The notes under the pieces were generated by a model. The model was given only the letters and a program-made list of their open reading frames with translations. It searched no databases and was not told the DNA's origin. A stretch of DNA of 64,000 bases from Dehalococcoidia bacterium (lineage in GTDB: Bacteria > Chloroflexota > Dehalococcoidia > GIF9 > AB-539-J10), in contig JAUWOR010000002.1 of the NCBI GenBank assembly GCA_030612025.1, forward strand, positions 96,001 through 160,000, given 5' to 3'. Below are positions 9,745-19,358 of this stretch, in pieces. Every line of letters starts with the position of its first letter. The first letter of the stretch is position 1. The position numbers were made by a program, and so were the translations under genes.

Positions 9745-9993
9745 GGCTCCCGAAGTATATGGTCGCTAGAAAGCTGTCTGGCAGGACTGGGAGTAGCAGG
9801 GTCGAGGAAAATTACCGAATTCCGCGGCTCAGCTATATTGTGGAAGCCACTTTCTTTGAATTGCTGACAGTTAAAGGTCCACAAGTATCCTGAACAAAGG
9901 CTAAATCTACTTTGGCAATTAATAATATCCCTGGCTTTGGCAGCGGTTTTTTGATTTACCAGCCAAAATTTTCTCCGCTAGCGTCTTACCCAT
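9745..9993 (-). pseudogene. leuC: 5' remnant of 3-isopropylmalate dehydratase/homoaconitase large subunit
   Basis: MGKTLAEKILAG, then with frameshifts AKVDLAFVQDTCGPLTV and VIFLDPATPSPARQLSSDH; ATG 4 bp after the pycB stop. Confidence 0.75.
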
Positions 9994-9997
9994 TCAA

Positions 9998-11758
9998 TTA
10001 ACCAATTATGGCCAATACATCATTGGCATTTACCCTATCGCCTGGTTTAAAGTTTATGGCTTTAATCTTGCCATCTTCGGGAGTAGGTAAAACATTTTCC
10101 ATCTTCATTGCCTCTAGGACGACTATGCCATCACCGGCTTTAACTTCGTCTCCTTCGTTAACTAGATAGCGTATGATTGTGCCTGGCATTGGTGCTAGCA
10201 AAGGAGCCCCAGCTACAACTTCCTTTTCCTCCTCTACTTTTGCTGGTGCTTCAGCCACAGGAGGCGGGGCAGCACCAACTTCCACCAATTTACCAGACTT
10301 AGCCTTGGCTATGAGCTCGTCTTCTCGCTTTATATCTTCCAGAGTTTTTGCTTTCGTTTCTGGGGGTGGCTCTTCTAAGCCATATTTCCACCTGAGGAAC
10401 CTCATTCCAGTAGTGGGATAAAGAGCATAAGCAAGAACATCTCCAATATCTCTGGCAATATCTTTAGTTGCTTCTTTAGCTTTATCCAATTCCGGCTCTA
10501 ATACATCGGCAGGCCGACAAGTGATTGGTTGCTCACCCCTTTCATAACCCTTGAGAACCAATTCTTGCACTTTGGGGTCAATAGGAGCAGGCGACTTACC
10601 ATAAAGGCCATAAACATAGTCTTTAACCTGTTGAGAAATAACTTTATATCTACCAAAGAGAACATTGTTGATTGCCTGAGTGCCCACAATTTGGCTAGTA
10701 GGTGTAACCAAGGGCGGATAGCCCAATTCCTTCCGCGTTTGTGGAAGCTCAGCATAAACTTCAGGCAACCTGTGGAGGGCATCAGCTTCTCTTAACTGAG
10801 CTACCATGTTGGTAAACATTCCCCCAGGAATTTGATGCCATAACACCCCGGTATCAATGACCGACATCTTTGTTCTAGCTAAAAAGTCACGATATTTAGG
10901 AGCTATAGATTCAAAATATCCATCTAGCTTAAGAAGGTGTTCCAAGTTAAGCCCAGTATCCCGAGGAGTGCCACGAAGGGCGACTACAATTGGTTCTATT
11001 GCTGGATGGGCAGTGCGTAGGGCAAGAGGAGCAACACAGGTATCAATAATATCCACCCCAGCTTCAATAGCCTTTAGATGGCTCATACATGCCATACCGC
11101 TGGTGAAATGGCTATGAAGGCAAACAGGTATCTTCAAAGCTTGCTTCAGAGCTTTAATCAAGTTATAAGCATCGTCCGGAGCAATAAGTCCAGCCATATC
11201 CTTAATACACAGGCTATCTGCTCCCATACCTTGAATTGTAAGAGCTTTATTAACATAGTAATCAATGTTGTAAACAGACCCGCCTAATTTTCGTTCCGTG
11301 AGTGAGTAACACAATGACCCCTGAATGTGCTTATCACGCTCTTTGATGGCTTTAAAGGCAGTTTCAAAATTGCGTTCATCGTTAACGGCATCGAAGACAC
11401 GGAAAACGTCAATGCCACAATCGGCAGAGTGGTGAACAAAAGCAATAACTACATCGTCAGCATAATTACGATAGCCAACCAGATTCTGCCCCCGAAGTAA
11501 CATTTGAAGTTTGGTATGAGGCATTGCCCTCTTCAGGATACGGATTCTCTCCCAGGGGTCTTCATTCAGAAATCGAGTCATAACATCAAAGGTAGCTCCA
11601 CCCCAGACTTCCATAGACCAAAAGCCAATCTTATCCATCTCCGGGGCGATAGCTTCCAAGTCCTTAGTCCGCACTCGTGTAGCTAGTAAAGATTGATGCC
11701 CGTCACGGAAGCTAAGATCGGTGATTTTTACCGGGTTTTTGTTGTCAGCTAAACTCAT
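9998..11758 (-). CDS. pycB: Pyruvate carboxylase subunit B / transcarboxylase 5S-like carboxyltransferase with biotinyl domain
   Basis: FRDGHQSL, WGGATFD, IKDMAG, HSH, LVTPTSQIVG, EAMKM biotinylation motif. Confidence 0.9.
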   Translation of the reverse strand: MSLADNKNPVKITDLSFRDGHQSLLATRVRTKDLEAIAPEMDKIGFWSMEVWGGATFDVMTRFLNEDPWERIRILKRAMPHTKLQMLLRGQNLVGYRNYADDVVIAFVHHSADCGIDVFRVFDAVNDERNFETAFKAIKERDKHIQGSLCYSLTERKLGGSVYNIDYYVNKALTIQGMGADSLCIKDMAGLIAPDDAYNLIKALKQALKIPVCLHSHFTSGMACMSHLKAIEAGVDIIDTCVAPLALRTAHPAIEPIVVALRGTPRDTGLNLEHLLKLDGYFESIAPKYRDFLARTKMSVIDTGVLWHQIPGGMFTNMVAQLREADALHRLPEVYAELPQTRKELGYPPLVTPTSQIVGTQAINNVLFGRYKVISQQVKDYVYGLYGKSPAPIDPKVQELVLKGYERGEQPITCRPADVLEPELDKAKEATKDIARDIGDVLAYALYPTTGMRFLRWKYGLEEPPPETKAKTLEDIKREDELIAKAKSGKLVEVGAAPPPVAEAPAKVEEEKEVVAGAPLLAPMPGTIIRYLVNEGDEVKAGDGIVVLEAMKMENVLPTPEDGKIKAINFKPGDRVNANDVLAIIG

Positions 11759-11818
11759 GCTTTAACACCTCGCTAATTATTTTTGCTCCTCTCAATCCTT
11801 GGGACACTCCATTGTCGG

Positions 11819-11925
11819 AAAATTAAAAGTCAAAGATCAAAAACCAAAATGACAACTCAAAATGCAAACCTTCTTGGTTTTTGCTTTGTATTTTTTCATT
11901 TTGCATTTTAATTTTTGCTTTTTTT
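11819..11925. repeat. AT-rich heptad-periodic inverted-repeat element, copy 2
   Basis: AATTAAA-AGTCAAA-GATCAAA-AACCAAA...ATTTTGC-ATTTTAA; closely similar to 32015-32113. Confidence 0.8.
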
Positions 11926-11929
11926 ATCG

Positions 11930-13480
11930 CTATAGGGGAATATTACCATGTTTCTTAGATGGGTTAGAAACTTCTTTGTTCTGTAACATTTGCAATGCCT
12001 TAATTAGCTTCGGACGTGTTTCCCGAGGGTCAATGACATCGTCAATGTAGCCTCTAGCTGCCGCCACATAGGGATTGGCAAATTTGTCCCGGTATTCTTG
12101 AATTAGCCTCTGCCTTGTTTCTTCCCGATTGGCTGATTTCTTGATTTCATCACGATAGATAATATTGACTGCCCCCTCAGGACCCATCACAGCAATTTCT
12201 GCCGTAGGCCAAGCATAGTTAATGTCTCCTCGCAGACTCTTGCTGCTCATAGCGATATAAGCTCCCCCGTAAGCTTTGCGAATGATTACGCTCACCTTAG
12301 GCACGGTAGCCTCAGCATAGGCAAAAAGAACTTTAGCTCCATGTCTGATAATGCCCCTGAATTCCTGGTCAGTTCCGGGCATGTACCCCGGAACATCAAC
12401 AAAGGTAACCAAAGGAATATTGAAACAATCACAAAAACGAACGAACCTGGCTGCTTTATCGCTAGCATCAATATCTAACACCCCAGCCAGATACATAGGC
12501 TGCTGAGCTAAAATGCCCACGCTTTGCCCATCCAGGCGAGCAAAACCAACAATAAAATTGCGAGCAAATCTCTCATGAACTTCTAAAAAGTCACCATTGT
12601 CTACTATCTTTGCCATAATCCGCTTCATATCATATGGTTGAGTAGGATTGACAGGAACAAGGTGAAGCAGTTCTTCATCTGTGCGGTTAGGCTCATCATC
12701 GCTATCTACGGAAGGTAGTTTTCCCTTATAACTTTGGGGGAGGAAGCTTAATAATCTACGCACCTGCTGAAAACATTCCACTTCAGTCTCATATACAAAG
12801 TGGCAATTGCCACTTTTAGTGGCATTTACCACAGCGCCACCTAGTTCCTCCAAGCTTACCTCCTCCCCCGTGACTGCTTTGACGACTTCAGTGCCAGTAA
12901 TATAACTTTGCCCCAAACCTTTAACCATAAACACAAAGTCAGTAATAGCCGGGGAATAAACAGCGCCCCCAGCAGTAGGACCAACTATCACTGAAATCTG
13001 AGGGATGACCCCAGAATACAGGGTATTCCGGGTAAAAATCTCACCATAGCCCTTAAGGCTATCGGCTCCTTCCTGAATACGTGCCCCTCCAGAATCCAAA
13101 ACAGCAACAAAAGGAGCTCCATTCTTCGCCGCTAAATCCATCACCTTACAAATTTTTTGAGAGGCTGCCTCTGATAACGAGCCACCAAAGACAGTGAAGT
13201 TCTGTGAAAAGGCGAAGGTAAGCCTGTTATTTATCTTGCCATAGCCAACAACCACGGAATCACCAAGGAACTTCTGCTCTGCCATACCAAAATCGGCGCA
13301 ACGATGAGTCACAAAAGGGTCAATTTCTTCAAAAGTTCCTGCGTCAAATAGAAGATTGATTCGCTCTCTGGCAGTCAATTTCCCCTTAGCACGCTGCGCC
13401 TCAACACGCTTAGGCCCACCTCCTGCCTTGGCTTTTTCTCTGAATTTGCTTAATTGAGCTAATTTCTTCTCGATTCCCAT
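11930..13480 (-). CDS. Acyl-CoA carboxylase beta / methylmalonyl-CoA carboxyltransferase 12S subunit
   Basis: GKLTARERI, DSGGARIQEG, GGAVYSPA, DVPG, RKAYGGAY, KHGNIPL. Confidence 0.93.
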   Translation of the reverse strand: MGIEKKLAQLSKFREKAKAGGGPKRVEAQRAKGKLTARERINLLFDAGTFEEIDPFVTHRCADFGMAEQKFLGDSVVVGYGKINNRLTFAFSQNFTVFGGSLSEAASQKICKVMDLAAKNGAPFVAVLDSGGARIQEGADSLKGYGEIFTRNTLYSGVIPQISVIVGPTAGGAVYSPAITDFVFMVKGLGQSYITGTEVVKAVTGEEVSLEELGGAVVNATKSGNCHFVYETEVECFQQVRRLLSFLPQSYKGKLPSVDSDDEPNRTDEELLHLVPVNPTQPYDMKRIMAKIVDNGDFLEVHERFARNFIVGFARLDGQSVGILAQQPMYLAGVLDIDASDKAARFVRFCDCFNIPLVTFVDVPGYMPGTDQEFRGIIRHGAKVLFAYAEATVPKVSVIIRKAYGGAYIAMSSKSLRGDINYAWPTAEIAVMGPEGAVNIIYRDEIKKSANREETRQRLIQEYRDKFANPYVAAARGYIDDVIDPRETRPKLIKALQMLQNKEVSNPSKKHGNIPL

Positions 13481-13581
13481 CTCTTCTCCATTGTTACTTA
13501 TTTAGATTGCTATTTTAATAGCTTGCTCTGCTATAATCAATGACGTGTCCCATCAGGGTAATTGTAAACCGAAAGAACTTG

Positions 13582-13694
13582 GCCACTGTAGCCATAGTAT
13601 CGCCAAAGGCGCTGACATCTTCCGCGTGCATGACATCGAGGAGATAGCACATGTTTGCAAAATGAGTGACGTCATTATCAGAGGTCGGCCATAA
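13582..13694 (+). pseudogene. folP: C-terminal remnant of dihydropteroate synthase
   Basis: IAKGADIFRVHDIEEIAHVCKMSDVII* (RVHD motif) ends 1 bp before folK. Confidence 0.8.
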
Positions 13695-13695
13695 A

Positions 13696-14187
13696 TTGCC
13701 CAGTGCTTATCTTTGCCTTGGTTCAAACTTAGGAGCCCGGGAGAAAAACTTGACTTGGGCTTTGTCACTGCTTTCTCAAGAGGTAAACCTCAAGAAAGTT
13801 TCATCTATTTATGAAACTGAGCCGGTAGGCTATAAAGAACAACCACTTTTCCTTAACTTGGTATGCTGCATTACAACTAATTTGAATCCCGGGGGACTCC
13901 TCCGTCTAGCTAAAACTATCGAAAGCAAAATGGGCCGAATTCCTAGCTTTCCCAATTCACCCCGCCCTATTGACATAGATATCCTTTTCTATGACAACAA
14001 AATTATTAAAACCAAGGATTTAACTATTCCACATCCTCGCTTAGCAGATAGAGCTTTTGTCCTCGTACCCCTAGCCGAGATCGCTCCAGAGTTAGTTCAT
14101 CCTGAGCTGGGCAAGAGCATCACCGAGCTAGCTAGCAATATAAAAGGATATAGCGAAGTGCGAAAATACAACCAGGAGGTTCTCTAA
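13696..14187 (+). CDS. folK: 6-hydroxymethyl-7,8-dihydropterin pyrophosphokinase
   Basis: LGSNLG, SSIYETEP, PRPIDIDIL, PHPRLADRAFVL; TTG start inferred. Confidence 0.93.
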   Translation: MPSAYLCLGSNLGAREKNLTWALSLLSQEVNLKKVSSIYETEPVGYKEQPLFLNLVCCITTNLNPGGLLRLAKTIESKMGRIPSFPNSPRPIDIDILFYDNKIIKTKDLTIPHPRLADRAFVLVPLAEIAPELVHPELGKSITELASNIKGYSEVRKYNQEVL

Positions 14188-14555
14188 TGTACCAACTATT
14201 CGTGGAAGAGCATTTTGATGCTGCGCACCATTTGCGAAATTATCGTGGCAAGTGTGAAAAACTACATGGACACCGCTTTAAAGTAATAGCGCGTTTAGAA
14301 GCGACGAAACTCGATCAAGCTGGCTTGGCTTACGATTTTGCCCAAATAAAGCGCTACTTAAGGGAAGCCCTAGCTCAATTTGACCACGCTTACCTCAACG
14401 ATGTGCCACCATTCGATAAGATTGAACCCTCCTGTGAGAACATTGCTGCCACTATATACAGCGAACTCCAGCCTCATTTCTCAGGCTCCCCAGTTACACT
14501 AGCATGTGTCGAGGTTTGGGAGTCTCCCACTAGCGGAGTGGTTTATAATCCCTGA
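14187..14555 (+). CDS. queD: 6-carboxytetrahydropterin synthase / PTPS (CExxHGH type)
   Basis: FDAAHHL, CEKLHGH, DHAYLN, ENIA, VWES. Confidence 0.9.
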   Translation: MYQLFVEEHFDAAHHLRNYRGKCEKLHGHRFKVIARLEATKLDQAGLAYDFAQIKRYLREALAQFDHAYLNDVPPFDKIEPSCENIAATIYSELQPHFSGSPVTLACVEVWESPTSGVVYNP

Positions 14556-14565
14556 GTTAAGTTTG

Positions 14566-14751
14566 CTACTTGCTTGGTGGCAACAAATTGGGAATTGCGT
14601 CCACAATGGGATAGGAATACTGGCACTTGGGGCAATACAAAGACCCAGCAATAACTTCCTTCCCTTCTTCTTTATCTATCTTGAGCTGCAATTCCCCTTT
14701 ACATACTGGGCAAGCTAAGATTTGTATTAACTCCTTCTTCATCTTGGCCAC
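14566..14751 (-). CDS. Trm112-family small protein
   Basis: LACPVCKG..L.C..C..YPI.DAIPNLL. Confidence 0.85.
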   Translation of the reverse strand: MAKMKKELIQILACPVCKGELQLKIDKEEGKEVIAGSLYCPKCQYSYPIVDAIPNLLPPSK

Positions 14752-14799
14752 AGATTATACCACTTATCAGCCCTTGTGAGGAGCACTGTCAGCCAAGGT

Positions 14800-14920
14800 C
14801 CTGAACCCTTCACACCCTGTCATTCTGAGCCAAAGCCCTGAACCCTTCACTCCTCGTCATTCTGAGGAAGCGAAGCGACTGAAGAATCTCGCTCAGGGTA
14901 AACTCCGTGAAGGGACAGCA
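14800..14920. repeat. Tandem GTCATTCTGAG palindromic modules
   Basis: Two CTGAACCCTTCAC..GTCATTCTGAG units followed by GAAGAATCTC; same family as the uvrA insertion. Confidence 0.75.
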
Positions 14921-15045
14921 AAGAACCTCATAACTCTCAAATTAAACCCCGCGAAGGAAAAAACTATGGGCATGGGATTACCTTGCTACTAGCTAACAGG
15001 CAGAATTACCAGTTAAGATGATATAATGTATCTTAGGAGGACAGA

Positions 15046-15381
15046 ATGACTATGCAAATTAGGAAAACTTATATGGGCATAAACCCTGAGATGCTTCACA
15101 ATGAAATACGAGACTTGGTGCAAAAACAGGGAATTATAGCCAGCGAAGCCAAGTTGCAGACATATCCTCTTCCCAGCGGCGCAACACAATCCCGCGTCAC
15201 TTTGGTATTCAAGACCCAAGCCAAACAGAAAGAGTGCGGCAGTGCCCATATCATAGGCTCGCCTGGAGGTGAAACAAAAATGCTCCTTGACTTAGACGAA
15301 ACCCTCCTTCCCAAGGAAAGCATCTCCACCCTTCAAGAAAACTTGGATTTTATCCTCGGCTCATACGAGCTTAAGTGGTAA
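15046..15381 (+). CDS. Hypothetical protein
   Basis: AGGAGG RBS, 111-aa ORF. Confidence 0.7.
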   Translation: MTMQIRKTYMGINPEMLHNEIRDLVQKQGIIASEAKLQTYPLPSGATQSRVTLVFKTQAKQKECGSAHIIGSPGGETKMLLDLDETLLPKESISTLQENLDFILGSYELKW

Positions 15382-15384
15382 TCA

Positions 15385-15537
15385 GTGGAAGAAACCAAGC
15401 AGGAACAAAGGCAAAAGCAGCGAGCAAAAGAAAAGGCCAAGATACCGCAGCATGGCAAGAGCCTGGCAAGGGTATATAAGGACGCTGTAGCCAAGAGAGC
15501 AAAGGATGGAGAGAGACAAAAAGATAAGGCCGGATAA
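15385..15537 (+). CDS. Small basic protein (50 aa), absent from the ORF track
   Basis: GTG 3 bp after the upstream stop; MEETKQEQRQKQRAKEKAKIPQHGKSLARVYKDAV... Confidence 0.45.
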   Translation: MEETKQEQRQKQRAKEKAKIPQHGKSLARVYKDAVAKRAKDGERQKDKAG

Positions 15538-15583
15538 TCCTAAAAACACCCCATCCCTAATTCTTTCTTGGTGGAAAAAAGAT

Positions 15584-16375
15584 ATGAGTAATCTGCAATC
15601 TGTCGACCTAAGTGAACTTGCTTTAGACTACGATGCCAAGAGGCGCATGGAGTCCCAAGATTTCGAGAAGCTGCTAGGTTACATGCTGCACTATGGGAAA
15701 GTGGAAGGAGATGCTCTAGAGATAGGCTGCGGACCGGGATATTATTTAGCTCCCCTTGCCCAACGTTTACCCAAGACAAGGTTTTATGGTGTGGACATCA
15801 CTGATGCTATGTTAGCTAGTGCAAAAGACAAAATACATCAGCAAGCTCTAACTAATTGTTCTGTAGCTAAAGGGGATGCCCATTACCTTCCTTTTGTAGA
15901 CCATGCTTTCAACTTTGTGTTGATGTCTCAAGTATTGCACTACTTCGAGAATCTGCCCATTGTGATAGCCGAAGTTTATAGAGTTACTAAAGCGGAGGCT
16001 CGCGTGCTTGTAGTAACCTCCTCTCATTTGCAATTGAAAAGCCAGCTTGACATAGCTTTATTCCCAGGACTGGCTAAAAGAGATACGTCTAGAATTCCCT
16101 CAATCGAAGAGATTAGATACCTCTTTGAGAGTGACGGTTTTGCGGTAGTGGCTGCTGTTGAGTTTGCTCCCACATTCAGATTCCCTTCCATCGAGGCACT
16201 GGTAGAAAGGACAGCTCTAAAACCGTGGTCTTCCTATCAGCTTTTCTCACCGGAGGAATTTACTAGAAGGCTCAGAGTATTCAAAGGGAAACTCCATAAA
16301 AAATTTGGCGATGGAGAAATAGCCTATCTTTTCCCTCAGACACTCCTCTTTTTCCAGAAAGTTCACCACAGCTAG
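15584..16375 (+). CDS. Class I SAM-dependent methyltransferase
   Basis: LEIGCGPG, GVD, GDAHYLPF, VLHY motifs. Confidence 0.88.
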   Translation: MSNLQSVDLSELALDYDAKRRMESQDFEKLLGYMLHYGKVEGDALEIGCGPGYYLAPLAQRLPKTRFYGVDITDAMLASAKDKIHQQALTNCSVAKGDAHYLPFVDHAFNFVLMSQVLHYFENLPIVIAEVYRVTKAEARVLVVTSSHLQLKSQLDIALFPGLAKRDTSRIPSIEEIRYLFESDGFAVVAAVEFAPTFRFPSIEALVERTALKPWSSYQLFSPEEFTRRLRVFKGKLHKKFGDGEIAYLFPQTLLFFQKVHHS

Positions 16376-16498
16376 CTTGCCTAGATGATTTAGTACAATC
16401 AACCTCTTCTGTTCTTTCCTGTTCAATGTCACCATCTCCTTCATGGGTGACATTTTCCCTGAACAGTTACAGGGTGACAAAATCGTAGAACATTAACA
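16376..16498 (-). mobile_element. Left end and first ~22 codons of an ISNCY/IS1202-like element
   Basis: 5'-TGT terminus at 16498, two tandem GGGTGACA..GAACA.TTA subterminal repeats, then MKEMVTLNRKEQKRLIVLN. Confidence 0.7.
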
Positions 16499-16514
16499 AG
16501 ACAAGTACAAAATC

Positions 16515-16543
16515 TTGACATGCCGCTCATTTCTTGATAACGT
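16515..16543 (+). promoter_or_regulatory. Putative promoter ~520 bp upstream of the ABC operon
   Basis: TTGACA-17 bp-TAACGT. Confidence 0.4.
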
Positions 16544-17062
16544 ATAACAAAGCGAACGCTTTTGTAGAGGTCAAAAACTTGATACTGCAGGGCGGTTTGG
16601 GAGGAACTACTCCGAGTAGCGAGATGCAGGTTGCAACATGAGGAACTGGACATAGTGAGCTATTTTATTCCCCTGGTGTAGCTTCTCCGAGAGGCAGGTT
16701 AATTACAATAGATTATGGCAGGATTTGGGCGAAATGGAGGCAGTGTGCTACAAAGTTGAAGGATTGTAATATTAAAAACAATCTTAGTCATAGCTGTGGC
16801 ACGGTCAAGTAAAGTGAAAGGAGGATGACAGAAATATGAGGAAGCGACATACTTGGCAGATACAGATATATCTTTTCGCTACAAAGCACTTCTTGATCTC
16901 TCCTTGACGCACTAAGACTCACACGCAATTTTTATCCCAGCCTGTATTTGTAAAGGTTATTTACTCCCCTGATTAAAGCCCCCAGTCATATTCTGCTGAG
17001 TATGTCAGGCAAAAATTTGTTACGCCGGTAAGAAATTTTTCTCAGATAAGGAGGTAATATCA

Positions 17063-18082
17063 ATGTATATAAAGCAGAAACTAGGCATCAAGATTTTTAT
17101 GGTTACTCTTGGACTATTACTTATCCTGATACCATTTACTGGTTGCGCGCCTAAGGCAGCAGAAAAGCCAACCCTCATCTTCCATGACCTTAGCTGGGAT
17201 AGTGCCCAGGTACATAACCGTATCGCCGCTTTCATTGCCGAGCATGGCTATGGCTATGAGACGGATTTCATCGCTAGTGAGACAGCTGCCGGATGGGTAG
17301 GTTTAAGGAGTGGGGATATTAATATAAATATGGAAAGCTGGACGGAAAATATCCAGAAGGTCTATGATGAAGCCATCGGCTCCGGTGATTGTGTTGACCT
17401 GGGCAGTAACTTCCCCGATAGCTGGCAGGGCTGGCTGGTGCCGACCTTCGTTATTAAAGGTGATGCAGAGCGGGGTATAGAGCCTATGGCTCCTGATTTG
17501 AAATCTGTTTTTGATTTGCCGGAATACTGGGAACTATTTAAAGACCCAGAGGACCCAACCAAGGGGCGCTTTATCAACTCCATCCCTGGATGGCTCTGCA
17601 CGGCGATTAATAGCCAGAAGCTTAAGACTTACGGGTTGGATGAGTACTATACCGACTTTCTCGCCGGCTCCGATGCAGCCCTGTCTGGTTCCATGGTTGC
17701 TGCCTGCGAAAAAGGCGAACCGTGGCTTGGCTACTACTGGTCACCAACCTGGGTTCTAGGTAAGCTCGACATGACTCCCCTAGAGGAGCCACCTTTTGAT
17801 CAGGCAGAATACGATGCCGAAACCTATGGCTGCGCCTTTTGCCCCACTCAAGTTAATATTATAGTCAATGCCAGTCTTCTGGACAGCGCCCCTGATATAG
17901 TTGAATTTCTCCGCAACTACGAAACCACTGCTGCCCAGAACAATAAGGTACTAGCCTATATGCAGGCAAATGAGGCAAGTACAGATGAGGCTGCCATTTG
18001 GTTTCTGCAGGAATACGAGTCACTATGGACCAAATGGGTGCCGTCAGATGTGGCTGACAAGGTTAAAGCAGCTTTACCCTAG
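17063..18082 (+). CDS. proX: Glycine betaine/proline ABC transporter substrate-binding lipoprotein
   Basis: Lipobox FTGC; WDSAQVHN, MESW, PGW, YYWSPTW aromatic-cage motifs. Confidence 0.88.
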   Translation: MYIKQKLGIKIFMVTLGLLLILIPFTGCAPKAAEKPTLIFHDLSWDSAQVHNRIAAFIAEHGYGYETDFIASETAAGWVGLRSGDININMESWTENIQKVYDEAIGSGDCVDLGSNFPDSWQGWLVPTFVIKGDAERGIEPMAPDLKSVFDLPEYWELFKDPEDPTKGRFINSIPGWLCTAINSQKLKTYGLDEYYTDFLAGSDAALSGSMVAACEKGEPWLGYYWSPTWVLGKLDMTPLEEPPFDQAEYDAETYGCAFCPTQVNIIVNASLLDSAPDIVEFLRNYETTAAQNNKVLAYMQANEASTDEAAIWFLQEYESLWTKWVPSDVADKVKAALP

Positions 18083-18119
18083 ACATCCTGATTAAAAACT
18101 GAAGTAGGGGGACACGGCT

Positions 18120-19358
18120 TTGAAAAACAATGCATCCTGGCCGAATGGGGAAGCTTGCATTGAGGTAAATGAACTGTGGAAGATTTTCGGTCATAATGCC
18201 GAGCAACTTCTCCATTCGGAAATGCGTTCTGCAACCAAGGCAGATATACTTGAGAAAACTGGCCATGTGATAGCGGCACGGGATATCTCCTTCAAAGTAA
18301 ATCAAGGTGAACTGTTTGTCATTATGGGGCTATCCGGTAGCGGGAAGTCCACGCTAATTCGCTGTATTCTCCGTCTCATTGAACCTACAGCAGGTAGAAT
18401 CATCATTAATGGGAATGACGTCTGCAGCTATGATGAGTCCCAACTGATTGATTTGCGCCGCCACACCACAAGTATGGTGTTTCAACACTTTGGTTTGTTC
18501 CCTCATCGCAGTGTAATTGACAATGTGGCATATGGACTGAAAGTCAGGGGAGTAGCCAAGGAGGAACGCTATGCCCAGGCACAGAAAGTGATTGCAAGGG
18601 TGGGACTTCAGGGTTGGGAAAACTACCCGCCCAGTGCACTCAGTGGTGGCATGCAGCAGCGAGTGGGGTTAGCCAGAGCCCTAGCCACTGACCCCCAGAT
18701 ACTGCTTATGGATGAGCCTTTCAGCGGACTGGACCCTTTGATCCGTCGGCAGATGCAGGACGAACTTCTGGATTTGCAAGCGGAGGTCCAGAAAACAATT
18801 CTGTTCGTGACACACGACCTCCACGAAGCTCTGAAACTGGGAAACCGCATCGCCATTATGAGAGATGGCGAGATTATCCAGATTGGCACCCCAGAGGAAG
18901 TGATAACTACTCCCAGCGACGCCTATGTGCGGGAATTCGTAATGGATGCCTCACCAGCCAAGGTGCTGACAGCTGCCAGTATTATGGAACAACCTAATAT
19001 TCTCCTCTATGAATGGCAAGGGCCCAAAGCGGCCCTTGCCACCCTCAGGATCAGCAACATGGATGATGCTTTCGTGGTAACCCGCACTGGCAAGCTGCTG
19101 GGATTGGTGACTATGGAGCGACTGGTAGAGGTAATCCGGGGTAAAGGTAATTCCATCAGGGAGGCATTAGAGCCCGACCTGCCCACCTGCACCGCTGATA
19201 CCCTGGTGGAGGACTTGTTTCCCCTGGCTGCCTCTACAAGATATCCTATTCCCGTTCTCGATGAGCGGGGGAAGTTTACGGGAGAGGTACACACCAGCAG
19301 CATTTTGGTCAGCATGATTCAGGAGAAGGAGGTAGAGACTGATGCTCGAGTTCCCTGA
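18120..19358 (+). CDS. proV: Glycine betaine ABC transporter ATPase with CBS domains
   Basis: GLSGSGKST, LSGGMQQRVGLARAL, MDEPFSGLDP. Confidence 0.92.
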   Translation: MKNNASWPNGEACIEVNELWKIFGHNAEQLLHSEMRSATKADILEKTGHVIAARDISFKVNQGELFVIMGLSGSGKSTLIRCILRLIEPTAGRIIINGNDVCSYDESQLIDLRRHTTSMVFQHFGLFPHRSVIDNVAYGLKVRGVAKEERYAQAQKVIARVGLQGWENYPPSALSGGMQQRVGLARALATDPQILLMDEPFSGLDPLIRRQMQDELLDLQAEVQKTILFVTHDLHEALKLGNRIAIMRDGEIIQIGTPEEVITTPSDAYVREFVMDASPAKVLTAASIMEQPNILLYEWQGPKAALATLRISNMDDAFVVTRTGKLLGLVTMERLVEVIRGKGNSIREALEPDLPTCTADTLVEDLFPLAASTRYPIPVLDERGKFTGEVHTSSILVSMIQEKEVETDARVP

